Shown piece after piece: positions 8,565 to 16,112 of a stretch of 64,000 nucleotides of DNA. Origin of the DNA: a virus; the IMG/VR virus record IMGVR_UViG_3300025096_000001, positions 1-64,000 of that record, one strand, 5' to 3'. The translations under genes and the position numbers were made by a program. How positions within the stretch are numbered: position 1 is the first letter of the stretch; each line of letters starts with the position of its first letter. The notes beneath the pieces are model-generated. The model was not told the DNA's origin. It did no database searches and saw nothing but the letters and a program-made list of their open reading frames with translations.

Positions 8565-9063
8565 TTTCCCATCCGTAATCACGACGAGCGTTTGGGTCAC
8601 TATATGGTGGGGGGTTATACATACTTTCATCCCAGTTTCCAGTAGCAATAGCATACCAATTGCCGCGCTTGCCAAGTTTGCGAAAGTGAGCGAGTAGCGG
8701 ATTTTGTTCAAGAGCATCTGCTAAATTATTAAAAAGTTGAGTATATTGTTCTTTGAGTTCTTCCGGGACTGAGGATAGGAACTTTCCGGCTCGCAAATCT
8801 GTGGCGAGGGATTTTGCTGCGGCCGGTGCTTTGTCGCGATGAATTGGACGGCCGCGGCCACCGGTGGGGCCGCGAGAATAAGCTGCAAACCACTTGGTAA
8901 AGTGTTCGCCAATCCGACTATTAACATCAACATTCGACTCGTTTGGTTCTGGTTCTGGATCAGAAGGACCCATACTTCTTTCCAGTCCGCGAGTTAGACG
9001 AGGATCTGGTTCGTATTCTGCTTCGTTTAAGTGCTTTCGCCAATTTTCAAATAGTTTCTTCAT
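8560..9063 (-). CDS. leader class B protein (MKKLFENWRKHLNE...)
   Basis: The ORF track gives 8560..9147. The ATG at 9063 forms an ATGA overlap with the FtsZ-like stop and restores the class B leader. Confidence 0.65.
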   Translation of the reverse strand: MKKLFENWRKHLNEAEYEPDPRLTRGLERSMGPSDPEPEPNESNVDVNSRIGEHFTKWFAAYSRGPTGGRGRPIHRDKAPAAAKSLATDLRAGKFLSSVPEELKEQYTQLFNNLADALEQNPLLAHFRKLGKRGNWYAIATGNWDESMYNPPPYSDPNARRDYGWEN

Positions 9064-10202
9064 GTTGTTAATCCATTCATACTTAGTATCGCAATCAATC
9101 CGGGCACATTCTTTCGGACATAAACGCCCGAGAACAGTGTCTCGCATCGACCGCCGACATAAGCGATTGCCGACTCAATATTCTTGCTGACTTTAGGGTC
9201 AGCCACCATCTCCTCTGACACAACCAGTACTAACGAGCCTGCAGCAGCCTTACCTTTAGGTGGAGGGCACGCAGAACGATTCATACAGTTATGGAGAATC
9301 ACCGATCCAAGCTTTCCAGTATTGGGATCTTTTATCATGGTTGAGCCTAAGAAGGCACGACCATTATTGCCCAGACATGTTTCCAGATCTTTACTATCGA
9401 AAGATTGGATCGGTGAATCCTCGGTGGAGAGTTTTAACACCTGGGCAAATGATTTAGCAAATTGTGTGTTGGCGACAGGGTACATGCCAAGCATGCCAAT
9501 TCTGCCGCGAAGTAAGCGAGTGGCTCGTTCGTTGTCAAGAACAATGTGCGGATGCGCGGCAACATCATTTGCCAGCGTCAACGCATTACGAGCGATTGTG
9601 GGGTTAAGGTTTTCTTGCGCAGTTGGCCATGAAACTACATAAACGACGCGGCCGCTCGCTTGAACAGAGCGTAAGTAACGCTCAAAGACAGGCTGAAGAG
9701 CAGTGACAGAGCTACCGGTACCGCCGCCGCCACCAGCAAGGACGAATAACCAATCAACTTTACCGAGTTTGATGCGGAGAGCATCTTCAATAATTGCACC
9801 ATTTTGACTTAATACCTCTTTTCCATATTCTACATTTTTGCCGATTCCATCAGAATCGGGAATTAAAACGACGTGATCCTCTTCAACGTTCTTCGGAATA
9901 TCTTTTCCAGTTGTGTTTACGAGTAGCGTCTTATTGAAACCTAGTTCAATAAACGCATTCGCCATTTTGTTGCCTCCACCGCCGACGCCAACAAAGCCCA
10001 CATTAATTGAAGAGGGCGCTGTGTTTTCTGGCAAGAGGTCTTCATCAGAGTATTCCATCTGGAGTCCAAAGTCTTCTACCATACCGAAATCTTCAGCATC
10101 TACCTGTTCGTGATAGTGGTCTTTCTCCTGATTAAAGGAGGGTGGTGGTTCTGCGGGAGGCAGAAAATCAAATTCGTTTTTGTTGTCGTTCTCGTCTGAC
10201 AT
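9060..10202 (-). CDS. FtsZ/tubulin-superfamily GTPase with ~65-aa acidic N-terminal extension
   Basis: The following blocks resemble FtsZ:
- GFVGVGGGGNKMANAF resembles the FtsZ T1 loop.
- VLAGGGGGTGSSV is the tubulin signature GGGTGS, the T4 loop.
- HIVLDNERATRLL resembles FtsZ vIPNdrLl.
- SFDSKDLETCLGNNGRAFLGS resembles the T7 region NxDfaDvxtvmxxxGxAxxG.
AAGGAA lies 6 nt upstream of the ATG. Confidence 0.75.
   Translation of the reverse strand: MSDENDNKNEFDFLPPAEPPPSFNQEKDHYHEQVDAEDFGMVEDFGLQMEYSDEDLLPENTAPSSINVGFVGVGGGGNKMANAFIELGFNKTLLVNTTGKDIPKNVEEDHVVLIPDSDGIGKNVEYGKEVLSQNGAIIEDALRIKLGKVDWLFVLAGGGGGTGSSVTALQPVFERYLRSVQASGRVVYVVSWPTAQENLNPTIARNALTLANDVAAHPHIVLDNERATRLLRGRIGMLGMYPVANTQFAKSFAQVLKLSTEDSPIQSFDSKDLETCLGNNGRAFLGSTMIKDPNTGKLGSVILHNCMNRSACPPPKGKAAAGSLVLVVSEEMVADPKVSKNIESAIAYVGGRCETLFSGVYVRKNVPGLIAILSMNGLTT
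9062..9087. repeat. 26-bp direct repeat, copy 1
   Basis: The plus strand reads atgttgTtaatccattcatacttagt. It covers the last codons of the FtsZ-like gene (SMNGLTT stop) and the start codon of 8560..9063. Confidence 0.9.
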
Positions 10203-10212
10203 TGTTTATTCC

Positions 10213-11277
10213 TTATTCTGCGGCCTTTTTGGCTCTAGTAAATGTAGGTGCAAAGTTTAACTTACCACCAGCAAAATCATCTTTAACTGCACTGAAATCT
10301 GGGCCGCCCTTATCTGGATCAAACTGTGGCATGATTTCTCTTGGTGGGCCTTCGCTAGAATACTTTTGTGCGAGGGCGCCGCAGTTGTCAGCAATCTCAG
10401 CACAAGCTCCGACTACAAGCCTTTCCTTTCTCTTGCCAAGTTTGCCGCCAGGTGTGGTCAATTCTTGAACTTGTTCTGCTTCCTCTTCGGGAGCCGAACC
10501 TTGGAAGCCCTTGACAGGTTTGCCACCTGTTCCCTGTCCATATCCTGTGTTTCCTATAACCGCTATAACTTTAGGGTTCATAAAGCTGCCACCCGATTTA
10601 GGGTCCATAACTTTTCCAACATTGGATAAAAGTGCTTGCTCAACTTGTTCTCTATCCATCGCACTTGATCCGATAATGCTTCGGCCTTTCTTAGCTGATG
10701 CTGACGGGATCGCTTTGCCGGCGCCAAGATATGCTGCAATTGCCAATTGGCTAACTAAAAGCGCTTTGCCTGGATCCATTACAATTACATTGGCAGGAAT
10801 TTTACAATTGGTGTTAAAAACAGTTGCGCCGGACCACCTATGGTGACCATCAATAATATAATATGTACCACCGTTTCCGGCTACAAGAATAGGTGGAGCG
10901 GCCGAAGTACCAGCGATAACAGCTTGCAAGCCTTTAGCATTAGAACCATTAAAACCTACAGACTTAAACAAATCGATGACGCCCTGAGTTGGCACTAGTT
11001 GAGGTGCGGGAATAGTTTGCCCCATAGCAACTTTGATTACCTCGTCAGAAGGCTTTGCATCTTCGTCACCAAGTTTAAGAAGCGCCCTTACTGCTGGGCT
11101 TGCGCCTTCAGGCGTGTTTAATTTTGCAACTAGTTGCGCTAAGGGTTGATTAAAATTACCAGCATCTGCTGCATCAATAAGTGGTGCAATGTTCTGTGCT
11201 AACCATTGTGCTGCTTGTTCTTCTGTTTCTATATCTTCGTTTACGAACTTTTTCCAGTTTTCCATTAGTAATTTCAT
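10213..11277 (-). CDS. ParB/Srx-fold (ParB N-terminal-like) domain protein carrying a class B leader
   Basis: GGTYYIIDGHHRWSG (nt 10834..10851 encode DGHHRW) matches the ParB-like nuclease/Srx motif. The upstream LVPTQGVIDL block is consistent with it. The ATG at 11277 (AGGAGA 9 nt upstream) is preferred over the TTG at 11286. It begins MKLLMENWKKFVNE. Confidence 0.6.
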   Translation of the reverse strand: MKLLMENWKKFVNEDIETEEQAAQWLAQNIAPLIDAADAGNFNQPLAQLVAKLNTPEGASPAVRALLKLGDEDAKPSDEVIKVAMGQTIPAPQLVPTQGVIDLFKSVGFNGSNAKGLQAVIAGTSAAPPILVAGNGGTYYIIDGHHRWSGATVFNTNCKIPANVIVMDPGKALLVSQLAIAAYLGAGKAIPSASAKKGRSIIGSSAMDREQVEQALLSNVGKVMDPKSGGSFMNPKVIAVIGNTGYGQGTGGKPVKGFQGSAPEEEAEQVQELTTPGGKLGKRKERLVVGACAEIADNCGALAQKYSSEGPPREIMPQFDPDKGGPDFSAVKDDFAGGKLNFAPTFTRAKKAAE

Positions 11278-11290
11278 ATCGTGCAATCTC

Positions 11291-14200
11291 CTACTGGTTT
11301 ACTCTTGCATATCCGTCTTTCTTTTCGATTACGACTTGCATATCAACACAGTCTTTGAGCGAATCAAGGTGTGAGATAAGTAAGACATTCTTGAAATACA
11401 CTTTAATTAGTTCCAAGATACGAATAAATCCCTCCATATTTTCTTCATCTAATGCTGTCCCGGGTTCGTCAAGGATAAACACATCCGATTTTGGAAGAGA
11501 AGAGACACTTAAGAGCGATAACCGGATGGCCATGGCCGCCATCGTCTTCTCCGCCCCTGACGCCATTTCAATCGGGCGCTCATCATAAAGCGGGTGTTTA
11601 ATAAAAATATCAAACTTATTTCCGAAACTTTCAAAGAAAATCTCAAAATCCACAATATTTGCTAGCACTTTAGCAATTTCTTGATTGATCACTGGTATCT
11701 TCTTTTTGATTACATCGTATGCTATTCCATTAGGATGCATAGCTTGCATAAACAGATCGTAGGCTGCATATGAATTTTGTAAGTCGACATATTCTTTTTT
11801 CTGTTCTTGCAAGGTTTCTATCTTCTGCTCACAAGAACCTATCATTTTTACAACCTCAAGAGTGTCGGACTCGCAAGATTCAAGTTCACTTGATAGGGTG
11901 CCGATCTGTTTATTGAAATCGGTTCGCATTGTCATAAGTTCTTCAAGGTTTTCGATTGCATCTTTGTTGTCATCATATTTTTTAATTAACTCTGTGATCT
12001 CTCTTAATTCAAGCTCTGTTCTGGTTAAAGAATTCTTATTTCTTTCTCTAGCGAGCTTAATATTAGACAACTCCTTTTCAGCAACCGACAACTCGGAAGC
12101 AATTGATTCATACCTTATTAGATTGCTTTTGTTCTGTTCTGGCTTAAGTTCATCAAGCTTGTTCTCTGTCGTCTTTAATGTGGTAACATCGTTTTTTCTA
12201 TCTTTAGACGCGGCATGAGCATCTTTAACAAAGGTGTTCTCGCTGCAATATTTACAATCTGGATCGTACTTGTGATCCTTCAGCATTTTAATCTTTTTGT
12301 CCGCTTCGCCTATGCTGCGATTCAAAAGAGATATGTTTTGCTTTACTTTGTCGATCGTAGACTTATCTTTTAATAATTTCTCTAAATCTACAGATTCTAA
12401 AATCTTATTCAAATTAATTATTTTGATCTGTTTTAGCTTTGCTATAGTGTTTTGTTCAGAGATCGTGCTAGCCAAGGAGACCAGCATACGAGATTTACTT
12501 TTTTGTTGTTCTCTTACATTTCTAATGTCGATAAGTTCTGCTGGAATCGTTGAGATCTGTTCGTCAACCAAGGTTAGGGACGTCTTTGTTGCTTCGATCT
12601 TATTTTTGAGCAACTCACAGACCGTCTTATTGTTTTCAGACTTTTGTACTTGCTGTAGCAGGGCTAACTTCGATTCTTCTATTTCTTCGCCATAATCTCG
12701 ATTTTGGTGCTTCTTAATTAGAACCTTGGCTTCGATAGAGTCATCTTTGGCCATTTTAAATTTCTTTTCAAAAATCTCCAAATCTAAAAACTTTGCAATA
12801 ATTTCTTTTCGGCGGGTGGAACCTTCGTCAATGAAGGCCAATGAGCCGTGCTGTGAAGCCAACGAAGATACCATAAAGTCGTCCATAGTGCCAAAGTGCT
12901 TACGAATATTTGCATCTGTCTGATTGCGTGTGGTCCCATTAAGTGAAACCGTCTCATCCGTAAGCGGATCGTATACTTCGAAGTTGAGATCTGTTTTAGC
13001 TTCTAAGGTTTCTTCCCCCTTCAAACGCTTGACATATTTCTTTGATTCTCTTTCAATGGTATATGTTTTATTATTACACTCAATTGTTAGTTTACCTCTA
13101 CCGAGGTCTCTATTCTGATTGATGACATTGAGGTTCTTTCGTTCATTTTTTGAAGTTGTATTAAATAAAGTATAAAGAGCAGCGTCAATAATGGAACTTT
13201 TACCGCTAAAGTTTTTTCCGAAAATCCCAATAATACCATTAAGAGAACTAAAATTGACAGCATTGTCTTCACCATAATTAAAAAGATTATCAAACTCAAA
13301 ATTTGTTAGCTTCCAATTAACATTGCGCGAGACTTCTTCTTTCTCTTCGATGATTTTGTTGTAAGTACGATTTAACTCATAAACTTTTTCCATAGTGTCA
13401 GAGGGCACCTGATGGTCTTTAAGGTACTCTGAAATAAGCTCTTCTTGGATCTTTGGGTCTCGCAAGTTTTCAGTCTTGAGGCCGTCTGTGATTTCTTCTA
13501 CATTTCCGCGTTCACCGCTAGCGCGATTTAAAAACGATATAGATTCGGGCTTGAATCTAGACTTAGCAATATCCATTGCTCGCTTCATTACATTGAGCGG
13601 CAAGTTGTTAGTGCTGACTAAACGAAGGCGCGCGTTTTCTGGTACTTCAATTTTTCTTGGCATGCGGCCGCGGAGTGTCAACGGGATAGTGAAAAAGGGT
13701 TTGGGGTTTTGTAACACAATCGGTTCAATATCCCACTCATCCTTTGATTTAATATCCCATATAAGAATGCCCTTGTCGTTAGTTTCACCGTGATTCTGTT
13801 GGACCGTTGAGCCGGCATACCAAATGCGGCCGGCGTCATCTAAGAATTGGCGCCTGTGAATATCGCCAAGCATTGCAAAATCAAAATCATCAAAGATTGT
13901 GATCTCGTCTTCGCCAAAACTCATTGTCCAGTTAGTGTCTGTTTTACAGCGACTAATAGAGCCGTGGTAAAGAGCAATGTTGATCTTATCCGGATTACTT
14001 GGCTTTAGCCACTGTTCTCGATCAAAGACCGACAGAACATTCAAACAGAAGTCATCATTTAGATGCGTTTCTCCTGAGTCCTTGAGCAAGTGCAGCCTAG
14101 GAAGGTTTAACGCATCTACGATGGGTGTAAGCGCATCTTGGCGGCTACTATTCTTTAGATTGCCGTCGTGGTTGCCCAAGATAATATATGTTGGTGCAAT

Positions 14201-14407
14201 CTCTGCTAAACTGCGAAAGAAGTCAGAACACATCTCGACAAACTCAGGTGAGATTTGTGTCTTCGTGTGTGCAATGTCTCCGCAGTGAACAATGTAATCA
14301 ACTTCTTGTTCTCGTAAGGTTTTGTATAACTGCTCAAAAACAATTCTGTATTCATAATGATACTTCAAATTTTTGATATGAGTGTCGCTAATATGTGCAA
14401 ATTTCAA
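11291..14407 (-). CDS. single-chain Mre11/SbcD-like nuclease fused to Rad50/SbcC-like ATPase
   Basis: - The N-terminus has calcineurin-like phosphoesterase motifs HISDTH, HCGDIAH, GNHDGN and LGDIHRRQ.
- Walker A is GIFGKNFSGKSS at about residue 400.
- A long coiled coil carries a central CKYC hook-like CxxC at about residue 717 (nt 12245..12265).
- The signature motif is SGAEKT, Walker B is VFILDEPGTALD, and LLISHL follows.
- The start is TTG at 14407, with GGAGG 5 nt upstream. The first motif begins at residue 5. Confidence 0.85.
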   Translation of the reverse strand: MKFAHISDTHIKNLKYHYEYRIVFEQLYKTLREQEVDYIVHCGDIAHTKTQISPEFVEMCSDFFRSLAEIAPTYIILGNHDGNLKNSSRQDALTPIVDALNLPRLHLLKDSGETHLNDDFCLNVLSVFDREQWLKPSNPDKINIALYHGSISRCKTDTNWTMSFGEDEITIFDDFDFAMLGDIHRRQFLDDAGRIWYAGSTVQQNHGETNDKGILIWDIKSKDEWDIEPIVLQNPKPFFTIPLTLRGRMPRKIEVPENARLRLVSTNNLPLNVMKRAMDIAKSRFKPESISFLNRASGERGNVEEITDGLKTENLRDPKIQEELISEYLKDHQVPSDTMEKVYELNRTYNKIIEEKEEVSRNVNWKLTNFEFDNLFNYGEDNAVNFSSLNGIIGIFGKNFSGKSSIIDAALYTLFNTTSKNERKNLNVINQNRDLGRGKLTIECNNKTYTIERESKKYVKRLKGEETLEAKTDLNFEVYDPLTDETVSLNGTTRNQTDANIRKHFGTMDDFMVSSLASQHGSLAFIDEGSTRRKEIIAKFLDLEIFEKKFKMAKDDSIEAKVLIKKHQNRDYGEEIEESKLALLQQVQKSENNKTVCELLKNKIEATKTSLTLVDEQISTIPAELIDIRNVREQQKSKSRMLVSLASTISEQNTIAKLKQIKIINLNKILESVDLEKLLKDKSTIDKVKQNISLLNRSIGEADKKIKMLKDHKYDPDCKYCSENTFVKDAHAASKDRKNDVTTLKTTENKLDELKPEQNKSNLIRYESIASELSVAEKELSNIKLARERNKNSLTRTELELREITELIKKYDDNKDAIENLEELMTMRTDFNKQIGTLSSELESCESDTLEVVKMIGSCEQKIETLQEQKKEYVDLQNSYAAYDLFMQAMHPNGIAYDVIKKKIPVINQEIAKVLANIVDFEIFFESFGNKFDIFIKHPLYDERPIEMASGAEKTMAAMAIRLSLLSVSSLPKSDVFILDEPGTALDEENMEGFIRILELIKVYFKNVLLISHLDSLKDCVDMQVVIEKKDGYARVNQ

Positions 14408-14443
14408 TGGTCCCTCCAGACATAAGTGTGCTTCTACTATACA

Positions 14444-14472
14444 AGTATATCTCGTTTAATGAGGGATGTCAA
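14444..14472 (-). promoter_or_regulatory. sigma70-type promoter upstream of the Mre11-Rad50 gene
   Basis: The minus strand reads cTTGACAt, then 17 nt, then TATACT, about 37 nt upstream of the TTG start. Confidence 0.6.
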
Positions 14473-14480
14473 GTGTTTTT

Positions 14481-14729
14481 TTATCTGAGTGCGTCGATCA
14501 TTTCTTGAATCTTGCGGAGTGGCTCTGCCAAGTCGGCTCTGTCATTCCCTTCGAGATACAGAATAACATCCTTAAGGCGAGCACCTGCCTGAGCATGCTC
14601 AGAAGCGTCTCCTTCTGGTCCGGTGACGATTGCTTCATCGCCATGGCCGCCGATGTCTGTATCAACAATACCCTCAGAAGCAACTTCTTCCATAATAATT
14701 TTTCTAAGTTGTTCTTTTGTGATCTTCAT
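14481..14729 (-). CDS. leader class A small protein (MKITKEQLRKIIMEEV...)
   Basis: The ORF track gives 14481..14774. The ATG at 14729 has GGGAGA 5 nt upstream and restores the family leader. Confidence 0.7.
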   Translation of the reverse strand: MKITKEQLRKIIMEEVASEGIVDTDIGGHGDEAIVTGPEGDASEHAQAGARLKDVILYLEGNDRADLAEPLRKIQEMIDALR

Positions 14730-14770
14730 TTTTATCTCCCAACACTCAAACTGAGTGCTTGTTTTTGTGG

Positions 14771-15373
14771 TCACACGTGTTCTTCATCTTCTTCTTTTTC
14801 TTCTAAAAAGAATTCGTTATCGCCATCAAACCTATCGAGCTTTTGACGCTGCGCGTGGCGCTCATCTTCATAGTCCTTATAATCTAAGTCGAATTCTTTC
14901 ATAATCTTGAACAATTCTTGATCAAGCTTGACAGCCATTCTACGTATTCTACGTCCCTCAGTTTTTCGATCAAACGACTGAAGATCCAAATCTGCTGTAT
15001 ATCCGGTAAATTTATTAAACAACATACCCCACTGTTCGATCTTTCTTTTGAATGCATCGTATCTTTCGACTGGGATCTTTAATTCGGCGCCTTCTTCAAG
15101 ACCATAATCGCCTTCAATGTTTTCTTGTGAGGCATCCATTAAACTAGCGACCATATTAGCCAGCTGTTGTAGCTCTTCTGGGTCCTGGGGGTCCAAGTCG
15201 ACAACCAGTTTCATAAGTTCTGCTCTAACAGACTCTGGACGCGATGCTATACCGTGAGAGGACATTGTCTTTGCGGCGGGCATCATTGATAAATGCGCGC
15301 CGTGGCCCTCTTCTATAATATTTCGAATCTCTTCTTTAAGCAGTTGTGTAAGTTGTTGTTTTGTGATTTTCAT
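14771..15373 (-). CDS. leader class A protein (MKITKQQLTQLLKEEI...), acidic C-terminus
   Basis: 200 aa. Its first 24 nt are identical to those of gene 15385..15630. Confidence 0.7.
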   Translation of the reverse strand: MKITKQQLTQLLKEEIRNIIEEGHGAHLSMMPAAKTMSSHGIASRPESVRAELMKLVVDLDPQDPEELQQLANMVASLMDASQENIEGDYGLEEGAELKIPVERYDAFKRKIEQWGMLFNKFTGYTADLDLQSFDRKTEGRRIRRMAVKLDQELFKIMKEFDLDYKDYEDERHAQRQKLDRFDGDNEFFLEEKEEDEEHV

Positions 15374-15384
15374 TTTATTTTTCC

Positions 15385-15630
15385 TTAATTATATTCTATT
15401 TCAACTTCTTTATCTTTCAGAAACGCGGTGGCTTCGCCCATCGCTTTGTCCCAATCAATATAATCATCGGCATCGACATAATTATCTTCAATAAATTCCC
15501 AACCCAGAGACTTTGCATAATCGATAAGCTCTTGTGCATCTCCGCTATAAGTAAATACCTCACGTTCGTTCAAAACCTTTCCAATCTCTTCTTTAATGAT
15601 CTGTTTAAGTTGTTGTTTTGTGATTTTCAT
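15385..15630 (-). CDS. leader class A small protein (MKITKQQLKQIIKEEI...)
   Basis: 81 aa with the family leader. The SD is weak (TAAGAA). Confidence 0.7.
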   Translation of the reverse strand: MKITKQQLKQIIKEEIGKVLNEREVFTYSGDAQELIDYAKSLGWEFIEDNYVDADDYIDWDKAMGEATAFLKDKEVEIEYN

Positions 15631-15642
15631 ATTCTTATTACT

Positions 15643-16101
15643 TTACTTAGTGTTGTTAAGGGCGTTCTTCGCGATCAATACTCCAAGAGCCATCAACAGC
15701 GGGCCGCCCACTATCCCCAGTGCTGCAGCTGCTGGGTTAGCAGCCAGCCATGGCAAGAACTCTACAGCAAAAACAGAAGTGGGAGAAGAGGCAATAAGGC
15801 TGGCGATAGCTATTGTTCCGCCACCTATCATCGCAGTTTTTGCTGTGTTTAAATCTTGGGCGGAGCGATCATAAGTTTCGCCTAGGTTACCCTCTTCCAT
15901 AGCAGCCGCCAATATTGCTGCCAATTCAGGGTCCTGTGATAACTGTTGTACCGTGTTCATAACAACTTCTGATTGGCCTAATGCGTCGGCAACATCAGCG
16001 ATCGCCTGTGGATTCTCGCCGGATGCTGGGTTGTCTTCAGATAAGGCTGCTTCTAATTCTTCTTTGATTATTTTTTTAAGTTCTGAGCGCGCGACTTTCA
16101 T
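15643..16101 (-). CDS. leader class A protein with C-terminal hydrophobic (membrane-like) segments (MKVARSELKKIIKEEL...)
   Basis: 152 aa. AGGAGAAG lies 5 nt upstream. The C-terminus has GGGTIAIASLIASSPTSVFAV and AAAALGIVGGPLLMALGVLIA. Confidence 0.7.
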   Translation of the reverse strand: MKVARSELKKIIKEELEAALSEDNPASGENPQAIADVADALGQSEVVMNTVQQLSQDPELAAILAAAMEEGNLGETYDRSAQDLNTAKTAMIGGGTIAIASLIASSPTSVFAVEFLPWLAANPAAAALGIVGGPLLMALGVLIAKNALNNTK

Positions 16102-16112
16102 ACTATCTTCTC

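Noticed and set aside
9060-10202. Interpreting the tubulin-like gene as PhuZ and the phage as a nucleus-forming jumbo phage.
   Set aside because: The motifs look more FtsZ-like than PhuZ-like. No chimallin-type shell gene or multi-subunit RNAP genes are visible in this window. The claim cannot be supported from 64 kb.
14743-14757. A small hairpin (cactca-aac-tgagtg) between genes 14771..15373 and 14481..14729, considered as a terminator or attenuator.
   Set aside because: It has only a 6-bp stem with a 3-nt loop and no U-tract. It lies within a 41-nt gap that also holds the SD. The evidence is insufficient.
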